DNA of 48,473 nt, taken from the NCBI GenBank assembly GCA_944358525.1, contig CALVRI010000005.1, positions 1-48,473 of the forward strand. The letters are read 5' to 3'. Positions within the stretch are counted from its first letter, which is position 1. Every line of letters starts with the position of its first letter. The notes beneath the pieces are model-generated. The model was not told the origin of the DNA and searched no databases. It saw nothing but the letters and a program-made list of their open reading frames with translations. The stretch is from an uncultured Bacilli bacterium. GTDB lineage: Bacteria; Bacillota_I; Bacilli_A; RF39; UBA660. A program made the translations under genes and the position numbers. This document shows positions 38,611-48,473 of this stretch, piece by piece.

Positions 38611-39945
38611 CTAAACTACTTTTTCTAAAATTGGTAAAAATTTATCTATATTAGGTGTAGATAAAATTTTCGTATAAATTGCGAGCTTTTCTAATTCACT
38701 TATTTGACTATAGTCAGTTGCATTGCTAACATCAACATCTTCAAAAACACTAGCCATTTTACTTGTATATTTTAAATCAAAATTGCCTTCAGACAAAATT
38801 TTATCATCTTGAGTTTGTTTATAATATAAGTTATATGTATATTTTGTTTTATTATCATTCACCATAAATGAAAATTCACCAGTAGTCAAAATTTTATCTT
38901 CTGTTTTAGAAATAACATAAGTAAATTTATTATCTTCTTTCCTAGTAAAACTAATATTTCCAAGTTTACTTAAAGCTTCAGCTCTAATAAAATCATTTGT
39001 CTTATTATCTACATAAAGTGATATTTCTAACTTTTCATGTCTTTCTAGTTCATTTTTTATTTTAGATAAATAATTATCCATAGAATTTCTTATATCACTA
39101 TTTTTAACATTTCTCATTTTAGCCAGTACACTAACTAGCTCGTCATTAGCTTTTAAGGTATTAACAAAAGTTTCAACAGTTCTATCTCTATTTGTTTTAT
39201 CTATAATAAGTTTTGTTTTATAACTCTTAACAACCTTACCATCAATATCTAAATTTTCTTTAGAACCATATATTTTTTCATCGGCAATAACCTTATCAAT
39301 AGCTTGATTTAACCCTTTTAAAATAATATTAACATCATTACCATTAGTAAAATATCTTAAACTATTACCATTTAATTTAATATAATTTTCAGCTGCAATT
39401 GGTGAATAAATATATGTATCATTTCCATCACCATAAATATTAGCATTGACAAAATCATTACCATCATAAGTTGTTTTTAAATCAGCATAAGTTCTATTTC
39501 CAGCATTATCTTTAACATAATCTACATTAAAACTAACCTTACTTAATTCATCATATAATTCAGAATTTTCGTCATTACTTTTAATTGTGTAATCTAAAGT
39601 AATATTGCCATCCATAATATCATAAACATTGTCATTCACATTATCTTCTAAATAAGCGAACAGTCCATCAACAGTCTGAGTAAATAAAGTTTTAGGATTA
39701 CTACTAAAGAAAGTCAAACAAAGCACTATTGCAATAATTAAAATTAAAAATATTGAAATAAGCCAAGGTAACTTAGACATTTTAGCTTTTGCAGAATTTT
39801 TAACAATATCAGTATAATTGACATTAAAATTTTCTGACTTAGCATCCTCATCCATCAATGAATCATCTAATGCATCATTAGTTCTATCTTCCACCTTTTT
39901 AACAAATTCTTTTATTTTATTAGCATTATTTTCAGTATCTTTCAT
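38611..39945 (-). CDS. hypothetical single-TM protein with a large beta-rich extracellular domain
   Basis: Acidic N-terminus, one TM (LPWLISIFLILIIAIVLCLTFF); AGGAG SD. Confidence 0.75.
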   Translation of the reverse strand: MKDTENNANKIKEFVKKVEDRTNDALDDSLMDEDAKSENFNVNYTDIVKNSAKAKMSKLPWLISIFLILIIAIVLCLTFFSSNPKTLFTQTVDGLFAYLEDNVNDNVYDIMDGNITLDYTIKSNDENSELYDELSKVSFNVDYVKDNAGNRTYADLKTTYDGNDFVNANIYGDGNDTYIYSPIAAENYIKLNGNSLRYFTNGNDVNIILKGLNQAIDKVIADEKIYGSKENLDIDGKVVKSYKTKLIIDKTNRDRTVETFVNTLKANDELVSVLAKMRNVKNSDIRNSMDNYLSKIKNELERHEKLEISLYVDNKTNDFIRAEALSKLGNISFTRKEDNKFTYVISKTEDKILTTGEFSFMVNDNKTKYTYNLYYKQTQDDKILSEGNFDLKYTSKMASVFEDVDVSNATDYSQISELEKLAIYTKILSTPNIDKFLPILEKVV

Positions 39946-40015
39946 ATACTTATCTCCTACTCTTTACATCAATGATACCAAAATAACAAAATTTTTACAA
40001 GTAGAAAAGATAGCC

Positions 40016-41434
40016 TTAAGCTATCTCCGCATCCATACTCCATGTTTTAACATCCGTAATTTTAACATTTACAATTTTACCTAACATTTCTTTAGGAGCT
40101 TTCACATTGACAAGTTTCATCGTATCTGTATATCCAGCAAGCATACTACCATCTTTTTCACTTACATTTTCTAGTAATACAGGAACAACTTTTCCTAAAT
40201 ATTTTTCATTCGCTTCCCTCGCATATTTATTCACAAGTTCATTTAATCTATGTAATCTCTCTTCTTTAACTTTAAGTGGTGTATCATCTTTCATTTTAGC
40301 CGCAGGTGTCCCTTCTCTAGGTGAAAAGATAAATGTAAATGCTGAATCGTACTTACAAGTATTAACAACATCCAAAGTATCTTCAAAATCTTCTTCAGTT
40401 TCGCCTGGAAACCCAACAATAATATCTGTTGTTATAGATGCATTAGGTACAGTTTTTTTAATCTTATTAAATAATTCTAAATAACTCTCTTTAGTATATC
40501 TTCTACCCATTAATTTAAGTATTTTATCAGAGCCAGATTGTAATGGTAAGTGAATATAAGGCATGATATTTGAATACTTGCTGATAACCTCGATCATTTT
40601 ATCCGTAAAATCCCAAGGATGTGATGTTACAAAACGAACCCTATCAATACCTGTTTTAGCTGCCTCTTCTAATAAATCACTCATATCATATTCTAAATTT
40701 AAATCTTTACCATAAGCATTAACATTTTGACCGAGTAATGTAACTTCTTTATAACCATTATCTTTCAAAGATTTAACTTCTCTTATAATATCCCCAAATC
40801 TTCTACTTCTTTGTTTACCTCTAGTATAAGGCACTATACAATATGTACAAAACTTATCACAGCCATACATAATATTAACAAAAGCTTTATATTTACTATC
40901 TCTTTTAGCCGGCATATCCTCAATGATATCACCCTCATAGCTATATACATCTACTTCTATTTTATTTTTATGCATTGCCTTATTTAAAATTTCTGGTAAT
41001 TCATGAATATTATGCGTCCCAAACACAATATCTAAAAAACTATACTTATCTAAAATTTCATTAACCACTACTTCCTCTTGCGCCATACATCCACAAACCC
41101 CAGTAATAATATTTGGTCTTTCTTCTTTCATATGTTTGAGTCTACCAATCATACCAAACACCTTATTATGAGCATTTTCCCTAATCGCACAAGTATTAAG
41201 TAATATCAAATCAGCACTTTCCATATCTAAAGCTTCATTAAATCCCATCTCTTCCAAAATAGCTTTAATATTCTCTGAATCATGAACATTCATCTGACAT
41301 CCATATGTTTTAACATAATAAGTTTTGCAGGTTCCCAAAGTTTTTAAATTTTCTGGTATTTCATATTTCTTAATCTTAACTTCTTTTTTAGTTCTTTTTT
41401 TAGCTTCATCTAAATGTGGCATCAACATACTCAT
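40016..41434 (-). CDS. miaB: tRNA-2-methylthio-N6-dimethylallyladenosine synthase
   Basis: TYGCQMNVHDSE, NTCAIRE, GCDKFCTYC, C-terminal TRAM domain; start approximate. Confidence 0.97.
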   Translation of the reverse strand: MSMLMPHLDEAKKRTKKEVKIKKYEIPENLKTLGTCKTYYVKTYGCQMNVHDSENIKAILEEMGFNEALDMESADLILLNTCAIRENAHNKVFGMIGRLKHMKEERPNIITGVCGCMAQEEVVVNEILDKYSFLDIVFGTHNIHELPEILNKAMHKNKIEVDVYSYEGDIIEDMPAKRDSKYKAFVNIMYGCDKFCTYCIVPYTRGKQRSRRFGDIIREVKSLKDNGYKEVTLLGQNVNAYGKDLNLEYDMSDLLEEAAKTGIDRVRFVTSHPWDFTDKMIEVISKYSNIMPYIHLPLQSGSDKILKLMGRRYTKESYLELFNKIKKTVPNASITTDIIVGFPGETEEDFEDTLDVVNTCKYDSAFTFIFSPREGTPAAKMKDDTPLKVKEERLHRLNELVNKYAREANEKYLGKVVPVLLENVSEKDGSMLAGYTDTMKLVNVKAPKEMLGKIVNVKITDVKTWSMDAEIA

Positions 41435-41503
41435 CACTTCCTCACAAGATAATAACACAAATCAAAAGAAAAAGCTAGTCTAAGCCAGCTTAAAACATTA
41501 AAG

Positions 41504-43150
41504 TTATACCTCCCCAATAACAATTAAAATCATTGGTTTACATTCGGTTTGCTCGTAGAAATATTTACCCACCTTATCTCTAATTCCGAGTTTTACTTTA
41601 GAAAAATCTACATAATTAGATTTAGTATGTTCTAAAATAACATCAGTAGCTATCTTTTCAGCATCTTTAATTAAATTAATATTATCACGAACAAAGATAA
41701 ATCCTCTAGTTAAAACCTCTGGTCCAGCCAAAATTTCTTTAGTCTCTTTATCAATAGTTGCTGTAATAATAACAATACCACTGTCACTTAAAAGTTCACG
41801 ATCTTTAAGAACAAGTTCACCAACATCACCAGCAGCAAGTCCATCGATTAAAATATCATCAACAGGTACTTTCATTCCATTATCTATAAGCTCACCATTT
41901 TCAAAATAAGCAACCTCACCATTTAAACGAAGTAAAATATGATCATCATCCATACCAACTTCTTTAGCCACATTACGATTAGCTACCTGATTACGATACT
42001 CACCAATAACCGGCATATAATATTTCGGACTCATCAAATCTATCATAAGCATCAAATCCTCAGAAGAAGCATGATGTGATAAATATTTTCGTTTAGAAAA
42101 CTCAACTACATTAGCCCCTATTTTAGCAAGTCCATCAAGCAACTTAGTAGCAGTTCTTTCCATACCATCTTCAATTGGTGAAGCAAATATAATTGTATCA
42201 TCTTTAGTAACTGTTATAAACTTATCATATCCTCTAACAATCCTTTTCAAATTAGAAAAAGGTTTTTCTCTTTCATCAGATATAATTACGACAATCTTAT
42301 CATCCTTAACATGGTTAATCGGTAAAATTCTTTTCTTATCAAAATTGACATAATTCTTGTCAATAGCTTTTAAAATAACACTTTCTAAACTCTTACCCAT
42401 AATAACCACATTACGGTCAGTATTTTTTATTTCATTAAATAATTCTTGTATTCTATAAAGTTGCGCTTGATAAATATTGTATAAAATTCTACCATCAGTT
42501 CTATTTAAAACTTCTCTAATAGCTTCAGCTGTACGATGATTAGGTGATGTAAATCCTTGCCTATCCGCATATAAAGATTCAGAAAGTAAACATAAAACAC
42601 CTTGTTTACCTACATAAGCAAGTTTACCAATATCAGTCTTATAAGCTCCTAACATCGTTGAATCAAATACAAAATTACCCGTATAGAATATCGCACCATC
42701 TGGTGTATATAAAACATAACCAACATTTTCTGGAACCATATGTGTTAAAGAAATTGGAAAAATACTATTTTTACCAAAATTAATTTTTCTATGAGGTTTA
42801 ATAACCCTTAAATTTTTAACATTTAAATTATCCGCTAAAAGATCATCCTTAATAATTTCCATTGTAAATGATGTTCCATAAATTGGTAAATCAGGAACTT
42901 CTTTTAATATTTCAGATAAAGCTCCCATATTATCATAATGTCCGTGTGTAATAAATATACCTTTAATGTTTTTTCTATTTTTCTTAAGTAAATCATAATT
43001 TGGAATAATATAATCTACTCCAAGCATTTTGTCATCGGCATATTTCAATCCCGCATCAAATATAAATATATCGTTATCGACATCTACGACATACATATTC
43101 TTTCCATCTTCATTTAATCCGCCGAGAGCAAATATTTTTATTTTACTCAT
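41504..43150 (-). CDS. rnjB: ribonuclease J, J2-like with degenerate metal motifs
   Basis: ALGGLNEDGKNMY, THGHYDNMG in place of HxHxDH, TGNF, SHHAS, GPEVLTRGF. Confidence 0.85.
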   Translation of the reverse strand: MSKIKIFALGGLNEDGKNMYVVDVDNDIFIFDAGLKYADDKMLGVDYIIPNYDLLKKNRKNIKGIFITHGHYDNMGALSEILKEVPDLPIYGTSFTMEIIKDDLLADNLNVKNLRVIKPHRKINFGKNSIFPISLTHMVPENVGYVLYTPDGAIFYTGNFVFDSTMLGAYKTDIGKLAYVGKQGVLCLLSESLYADRQGFTSPNHRTAEAIREVLNRTDGRILYNIYQAQLYRIQELFNEIKNTDRNVVIMGKSLESVILKAIDKNYVNFDKKRILPINHVKDDKIVVIISDEREKPFSNLKRIVRGYDKFITVTKDDTIIFASPIEDGMERTATKLLDGLAKIGANVVEFSKRKYLSHHASSEDLMLMIDLMSPKYYMPVIGEYRNQVANRNVAKEVGMDDDHILLRLNGEVAYFENGELIDNGMKVPVDDILIDGLAAGDVGELVLKDRELLSDSGIVIITATIDKETKEILAGPEVLTRGFIFVRDNINLIKDAEKIATDVILEHTKSNYVDFSKVKLGIRDKVGKYFYEQTECKPMILIVIGEV

Positions 43151-43229
43151 TTTATCTCCTTTCTAAAGTGTTTAAAAGCCTTATTAATTATAACAAAAAA
43201 AGCTATAAAAAGCAATTTGCCATTATAAC

Positions 43230-44144
43230 TTAAATAAATATCTTATCTAATTCTTTATTAGGTAGTAGCATCTTTATACCTTTAACAATCTTAATTTCAT
43301 ACTCTTTAGTTTTAGTTTTAAGCATCTCACCATCGATACAAAAACTTTTCTTAGGAGTCTCTTTTAATTTAATTTTTAAATTATCAGTTCTAAAAAAATA
43401 AAATCCTGGAACTTTAGTAATATCACTTGTTTTAAGTAAATATAAACTTCTAATAATATCTTTTTTAGTTGTTATATTAGAAAGCAAAACTTCAAACTTA
43501 CCATCATTCATCTTTACATCTTGTAAAATTTCTAGTCCGCCCATTCTACTCGCATTACAAATAAGAGCAAATGAATAAAGACCGGTATAAGTCTCCCCAT
43601 TAGCTGTATAACTCATCTCAAACAAGTGTGTTTTTTGATTAAAAGATTTTATTGCATTAATCATATAAGCCAAATATCCAAAATTCTTTTTTAAATTTCT
43701 TGGTGTATCATAAGCAACATCAGTAAACTTACCAAGCCCAGCCACATAAACAAAAGGAACATCATTAATTGTACAAATATCTAATTCTTTTACTGTCCCC
43801 TCCAAAACCATCTTTAAATTATTAACTGGATTTTTACCCATACCAAAAGTAGCCCCTAAATCATTAGTTGTACCTAATGGAATGTGAGTAAGTAATAATT
43901 TCTTATTTCGTTTTAAATTACCCGTCACAATTTCGTTAAATGTACCATCACCACCAAGTGATATAACCAAATCAATATCATCAGGCAAATCAGCAATTAT
44001 CTTCTTCGCATGACCAGCATACTTAGTAAAAATAACATTTACCTCAAAACCATATTCATTTAAAATAGTTCTAAATTTATTAGCTAAAACTTCTTTATTA
44101 TTTTTACCACTATTGGGATTACATACTAAAACACTTTTTCTCAT
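43230..44144 (-). CDS. diacylglycerol kinase family (DagK/YegS/BmrU) lipid kinase
   Basis: NPNSG, GGDGT..E, PLGTTND, IDGE; start moved to ATG 44144. Confidence 0.9.
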   Translation of the reverse strand: MRKSVLVCNPNSGKNNKEVLANKFRTILNEYGFEVNVIFTKYAGHAKKIIADLPDDIDLVISLGGDGTFNEIVTGNLKRNKKLLLTHIPLGTTNDLGATFGMGKNPVNNLKMVLEGTVKELDICTINDVPFVYVAGLGKFTDVAYDTPRNLKKNFGYLAYMINAIKSFNQKTHLFEMSYTANGETYTGLYSFALICNASRMGGLEILQDVKMNDGKFEVLLSNITTKKDIIRSLYLLKTSDITKVPGFYFFRTDNLKIKLKETPKKSFCIDGEMLKTKTKEYEIKIVKGIKMLLPNKELDKIFI

Positions 44145-44193
44145 TGCAGTCACCATTTTCATTATACATTAATTTTATGTAAATCACAAAATA

Positions 44194-44664
44194 TTATCTA
44201 CAAAAATTTTTTTCTTTATTAAAAACATATTCTCTAATATCAGGAAAAAGCAAAGATATAACTTTATCATCTTTAAAACTTTTATAAAGCATATTTATTT
44301 TTGTTATATCGCACTTTTCTAACCATTCATCTAATTTACCTTCTTGAATAGCCACATATAAATCTAAAAATATCTCATCTTCTTTTTTCTCACAATATCC
44401 TTCTAAAGATGCCATTAAACTAATTGTTGTATAATTAGGTTTACAATTATTTAAAAATGCAAGCACCTCTTGAACTTTATCATAACCAAGTTCATCTAGT
44501 TTAACTTCTAATAACTTAGGATTTTTATCCATATAAAAAATCATATTCTCAATTATCTCTTTATTTTCTAAATACATTTCATTAAATAATTCATTATCTA
44601 TTTCACCATTAGACATAATTCCAAACACAATCATTCCTTCTTTCATAGATGTATATAATACCAT
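44194..44664 (-). CDS. hypothetical protein (start uncertain)
   Basis: Open frame with genome-typical codon usage; no motif recognised. Confidence 0.6.
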   Translation of the reverse strand: MVLYTSMKEGMIVFGIMSNGEIDNELFNEMYLENKEIIENMIFYMDKNPKLLEVKLDELGYDKVQEVLAFLNNCKPNYTTISLMASLEGYCEKKEDEIFLDLYVAIQEGKLDEWLEKCDITKINMLYKSFKDDKVISLLFPDIREYVFNKEKNFCR

Positions 44665-44695
44665 TATTTAAATAAATGTCAAATTAAAAAGGAAA

Positions 44696-45889
44696 CTATA
44701 TAATTTCCTTTTTAATATTAGGATTTTTTAAAACTTCAATTAATTTATCAATTTCTTCTTTAGAATTATAAAAATATAAACTAATTCTACAAGTGTTTTT
44801 AATATGAATTTCATCTTTTAATATCTTCGCACAATGATTTCCAGCTCTTGTACATATATTAAACTTATCTAAATAAATTGATAAATCTTGTGGAAAAATT
44901 CCATCATAATTAATTGTCACAATACCACTTTCACTATTAGCATTATAAATAGTTATCTCCGGTATTTCTTTCAATCTTTTAACCAAATAATTTTTAAGTT
45001 CTATCTCATATTTATGAATATTATCAAAACCAATATCCATTAAATATTTAATAACATATCCAAAACCTATAACTCCAGCAATATTAGGAGTTCCTGCTTC
45101 TAACCTATCCGGCATCATCTTATAAATTCGTCTACCATCAGTACTAAAATCCGCATTCATTCCACCACCAAAAATAATTGGCTCTATATCATTTAATAAC
45201 TCTTCTTTACCATACAAAACACCAACACCTGTCGGACCACACATTTTATGAGCTGAAAAAGCTAAAAAATCAATATCCAAATCTTGAACATCAACCTTCA
45301 AATGTGGAACACTTTGTGCTCCATCAATTAAAACTAAAATACCTTTACTGTGAGCTAATTTAACAATCTCTTTTATAGGCCTTACATCGCCAACCACATT
45401 ACTAACATGAGCAATTGAAATCACCTTAGTTTTAGATGAGATTGCTTTTTCAACATTAGTCATCAAAACCTCATGATTGTCATTAAGTTCAATATATTTA
45501 ATCTTTAAATTTAGTTTATCTGCTAATTCAAACCAAGGTAACAAATTAGAAGCATGCTCACTCTTAGTAAGTAATACTTCATCACCATCTTTTAATTTAT
45601 TAGCAAAATAACCAAAAACTATTTTATTAATTGAATCAGTCGATCCACTAGTAAAAGCTATTTCTGATACCTTTCTAGCCTTAATCAAATCTTTAACTAA
45701 ATATCTTGTCTCTTCATATTTTTGACTAGCTTTTATACTTAAAGTATAATCACCTCTATGCGCATTCGAACTATAATTATTATAATAATCAGAAATAGCC
45801 TCACCTAACATTTTAGGTTTTAAAGTTGTTGCGCCATTATCAAAATATATAATTCCTGAACTTAAAATATTAAAATCCTCACGGTGCAT
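44696..45889 (-). CDS. sufS: cysteine desulfurase, SufS type
   Basis: YFDNGATT, EHASN, DGAQ, FSAHKMCGPTG, EAGTP, RAGNHCA. Confidence 0.93.
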   Translation of the reverse strand: MHREDFNILSSGIIYFDNGATTLKPKMLGEAISDYYNNYSSNAHRGDYTLSIKASQKYEETRYLVKDLIKARKVSEIAFTSGSTDSINKIVFGYFANKLKDGDEVLLTKSEHASNLLPWFELADKLNLKIKYIELNDNHEVLMTNVEKAISSKTKVISIAHVSNVVGDVRPIKEIVKLAHSKGILVLIDGAQSVPHLKVDVQDLDIDFLAFSAHKMCGPTGVGVLYGKEELLNDIEPIIFGGGMNADFSTDGRRIYKMMPDRLEAGTPNIAGVIGFGYVIKYLMDIGFDNIHKYEIELKNYLVKRLKEIPEITIYNANSESGIVTINYDGIFPQDLSIYLDKFNICTRAGNHCAKILKDEIHIKNTCRISLYFYNSKEEIDKLIEVLKNPNIKKEII

Positions 45890-45893
45890 ACTA

Positions 45894-46682
45894 TCACCTC
45901 CAATACCTATTAATAATCTCTTTTAACGTATCTTTATAATATGTAATACCCTTCAAAAGAAAACCTTTAGTAAGTAAATTTTCAGACTCCTTTTTAGAAA
46001 TACCTCTACTCATTAAATAAAATATTTCATCAGTTGAAAAAGTTCCAATAAGAGCACTATGATTCGCTATTACATCATTTTCATCAATAAATAAATTGGG
46101 CTTTATCACGCAATTATTTCCAGTCAAGTTGATAATTCTTGCCTTTTGATTAACATCACAGCCAGTTATTCCATTAGAAACAAATCCTGAAACATTAAAT
46201 TCCAAAGTACCATCTAAAATATTAACCCCATTATTTACTATGTTACTAACCGTATTCTTCGCATTATGATAAACTAAAAAATTATACTTTTCCTCATATT
46301 TGCTAATTGTCTTTAAATTAAATTGAACCTTCGCATTTTCGCCATTTAAATTAATAACTGTCATTTCTTTTATTTTCTTACCATCATTAATTTTTTCAAT
46401 ATTTAAATAACTATTATCCTCTAAATAATACTTATATTGAAACTTATACTCGCCATCATGTTTATATTCATAAATATTTGCTTTAACACCTTCCAAAACA
46501 TTAATATAAAAATCTAATTTAATTTCCACTTCACTTGCATCAATAACTATATCTGTATCTTCTAAAATCTTAATCTTAACACTTTGAACATTCAAAAATT
46601 TACTTGCTTCACCAATACTAACCTCAATACCGTTCTTATTTTCTATTTTAATATCTTCACCATAAACTATAATCTTATTCAT
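45894..46682 (-). CDS. sufD: SufD-like Fe-S assembly protein (short)
   Basis: PNLFIDENDVIANHSA, FYLMSRGI; lies between sufC and sufS. Confidence 0.85.
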   Translation of the reverse strand: MNKIIVYGEDIKIENKNGIEVSIGEASKFLNVQSVKIKILEDTDIVIDASEVEIKLDFYINVLEGVKANIYEYKHDGEYKFQYKYYLEDNSYLNIEKINDGKKIKEMTVINLNGENAKVQFNLKTISKYEEKYNFLVYHNAKNTVSNIVNNGVNILDGTLEFNVSGFVSNGITGCDVNQKARIINLTGNNCVIKPNLFIDENDVIANHSALIGTFSTDEIFYLMSRGISKKESENLLTKGFLLKGITYYKDTLKEIINRYWR

Positions 46683-47424
46683 GATTCTTACCTACCAACT
46701 TATCATAGCCTTCCTCTTCAATTTTCAAAGCAAGTTTTTTATCACCACTTAAAACAATCTTACCATCTTTCATAATATGAATAAAATCTGGTTTTATATA
46801 ATCTAGTAATCTTTGATAATGTGTCACAAGCAAAATAGCCGGTTTACATTCATTATAATAATCCATCACACTTTCTCCAACCAATTTTAAACTATCGACA
46901 TCTAAACCAGAATCAATTTCATCTAAAAGAACAACATTTGGTTTTAAAATACACATCTGTAAAATTTCATTCTTCTTCCTCTCACCACCAGAAAAACCAT
47001 CATTAATACCTCTATGAATCATTTCTGAATCCATATGCAATTTTTCGGTTAATTTATCAACTTTTCTAATAAAAGGTAGTAATTTAAAATTATCACCTTC
47101 CTTAGCCCTAAGTGCGCTTCTTAAAAAATCTGCATTTGTTACCCCTTCAATAGTAAGTGGCATCTGCATTCCTAAAAAAATACCTAATTTAGCTCTTTCA
47201 TTTACTGGCATTTTATTAATAACCTTACCATTATAACTAATCTTACCCTTAATAATTTTATAATTTGGATCACCCATGATAACCTTAGTTAAAGTAGATT
47301 TACCTGTACCATTTGGACCCATAATCGCATGAATCTCTCCAGATTTTATTTCTAAACTAAAATCCTTCAAAATAGTTTTACCAGCCACTTCAACAGTTAA
47401 ATTGTCTATATTTAAAATATTCAT
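46675..47424 (-). CDS. sufC: Fe-S assembly ATPase
   Basis: MGPNGTGKST, GFSGGERKKNE, LDEIDSGLDVD, THYQRLL. Confidence 0.96.
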   Translation of the reverse strand: MNILNIDNLTVEVAGKTILKDFSLEIKSGEIHAIMGPNGTGKSTLTKVIMGDPNYKIIKGKISYNGKVINKMPVNERAKLGIFLGMQMPLTIEGVTNADFLRSALRAKEGDNFKLLPFIRKVDKLTEKLHMDSEMIHRGINDGFSGGERKKNEILQMCILKPNVVLLDEIDSGLDVDSLKLVGESVMDYYNECKPAILLVTHYQRLLDYIKPDFIHIMKDGKIVLSGDKKLALKIEEEGYDKLVGKNHE

Positions 47425-47581
47425 ATTTAATCACCTCATTATATTTTAACATTTTTTCAATAATTTTTGTATAAAAACTCTAAAATTAACCAATAATATA
47501 TTAGAATATTCGCAGATATTCATATTTAAAAAGAGGTTACTCTTTTTTTCTATATATGATAAAATGGATATGGGTGATATA

Positions 47582-47947
47582 ATGGATTGTATATTTTGTA
47601 AAATAGTTAATGAAAAAATACCTTCATACACACTTTATGAAGATGAAATTGTTAAAGTTTTTTTAGATGTTAACCCTGATGTCAATGGACACACATTAAT
47701 CGTTCCAAAAAAACATTATCAAGATTTATTTGACATTGATAATGATACTCTAATGCATATTATGGATATTTCTAGAAAAATAAACCAATTATTATCTGAC
47801 AAATTAAACACTGATGGATTAACTTTAGTTCAAAATAATGGTTTAAAACAAGAAGTTAAACACTTTCATCTTCACCTTAAACCACAATATAAAAATGAAG
47901 GTAATTTACTTCCAGTAGAAGAAATATATAAAAAAATAAACGGATAA
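47582..47947 (+). CDS. hit: HIT family nucleotide hydrolase
   Basis: MDCIFCKI, GHTLIVPKKH, HFHLH; start moved to ATG 47582. Confidence 0.93.
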   Translation: MDCIFCKIVNEKIPSYTLYEDEIVKVFLDVNPDVNGHTLIVPKKHYQDLFDIDNDTLMHIMDISRKINQLLSDKLNTDGLTLVQNNGLKQEVKHFHLHLKPQYKNEGNLLPVEEIYKKING

Positions 47948-47953
47948 AAACGT

Positions 47954-48399
47954 TTATTTTCTTTTTTTATTTTTTTTCGTCGGCCTTTTCTTTTTTAAAG
48001 TTTTTGATTTTTCTGAAACTTTTTGTAATCCTTCTAATGAAGAAGGGGAAATTTCAAATAGTTTTTTTAAACCATCATCAGTTGAAATATCAATTCGCAT
48101 AAACCTACCATTTTGATTATAATAAACTTCCGGATATCCATATTTATTAAGTTCAACTTTTAAATTAGGGTTTCCTTCTTCTCTAACTCTCATTGCTTCG
48201 AAAAAGCCGCGATATAAAGATGAAACATCAGGTACAAAAGAAGTATATAAATCATCTCTAATTTTAAGTTTAACTCGCTCTTTATTCATTTTAAATAATC
48301 TAGCAAACTCCATATAATTAACTAACATAGATTTCATATTTTTATTAGGATAAAATCTTTTATCTCCCATTGAATCACAAAAATCCTGACACCAATTTT
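47954..48399 (-). pseudogene. hypothetical protein, probably the 3' remnant of a gene interrupted by an IS end
   Basis: ATG 48370 has no SD; the frame stays open upstream (KNWCQDFCDS) to the IS-like junction at 48400. Confidence 0.45.
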
Positions 48400-48473
48400 T
48401 GATGTGAACCCTGTTTGGTAGACATCATAAAAAAACCGGGTTTAAAAAATCAAGGGCGAACGAAGTGAGTTCA
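48400..48473. mobile_element. probable terminal inverted repeat and end of an IS3-family element (runs off the window)
   Basis: Begins TGATGTGAACCCTGTTTGGTAGACA, matching the TGA..TG.ACCC......TAGACA pattern I recall for IS3/IS150-group ends; GC rises abruptly; GCGAACGAAGTGAG motif follows. Confidence 0.6.

Noticed and set aside
2727-44683. Recurrent TTTGACA/TGTCAAA in intergenic regions as Spo0A boxes
   Set aside because: Cannot be told apart from sigma-A -35 boxes or chance in DNA this AT-rich without enrichment statistics.
1826-47631. Short ORF-track entries antisense to or nested in real genes (1826, 3619, 5570, 6842, 13298, 17540, 17961, 18172, 19045, 22154, 25242, 27677, 31688, 34071, 39818, 40107, 45178, 46584, 47446)
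   Set aside because: They are shadow frames of well-supported genes, with no SD or motif and the composition expected of reverse-complemented coding DNA.
1-48473. CRISPR array, prophage, integrase, reverse transcriptase or recoded TGA
   Set aside because: No spaced repeats or such ORFs were seen, and several genes end in TGA, consistent with code 11.

Overview
Very AT-rich (roughly 25-28% GC by eye) chromosomal segment of a low-GC Bacillota, translation table 11. The gene style suggests an uncultured Bacilli lineage such as RF39 (inference). Most genes are housekeeping and on the minus strand: gltX, LCP, tRNA-Cys, T-box-pheST, clpC, murJ, mscL, feoB, an orphan HerA, yqeG-yqeH, dacF, two pilins, khpA-rpsP, cotE, miaB, rnjB and sufCDS. 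A plus-strand cell-wall block holds a divergent Alr-family racemase, a D-aspartate-ligase-like ATP-grasp enzyme, an AsnB amidotransferase and glmS with its ribozyme, followed by a DinJ/YafQ-type toxin-antitoxin pair. Main leads: (1) the racemase-ligase-amidotransferase operon, where an Alr-fold enzyme with a remodelled pocket appears to replace the usual RacD aspartate racemase; (2) a broken surface-protein gene whose C-terminus looks like a DGR variable region, with no reverse transcriptase in the window; (3) an unassigned structured RNA between a strong promoter and tRNA-Cys; (4) a second orphan structured element at 33.83-33.96 kb; (5) endospore genes (cotE, unannotated cse60, dacF) with sigK-like promoters; (6) an IS3-like end interrupting the last gene. 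No CRISPR array, rRNA, integrase or transposase was seen. All family calls are by eye, not from database searches.
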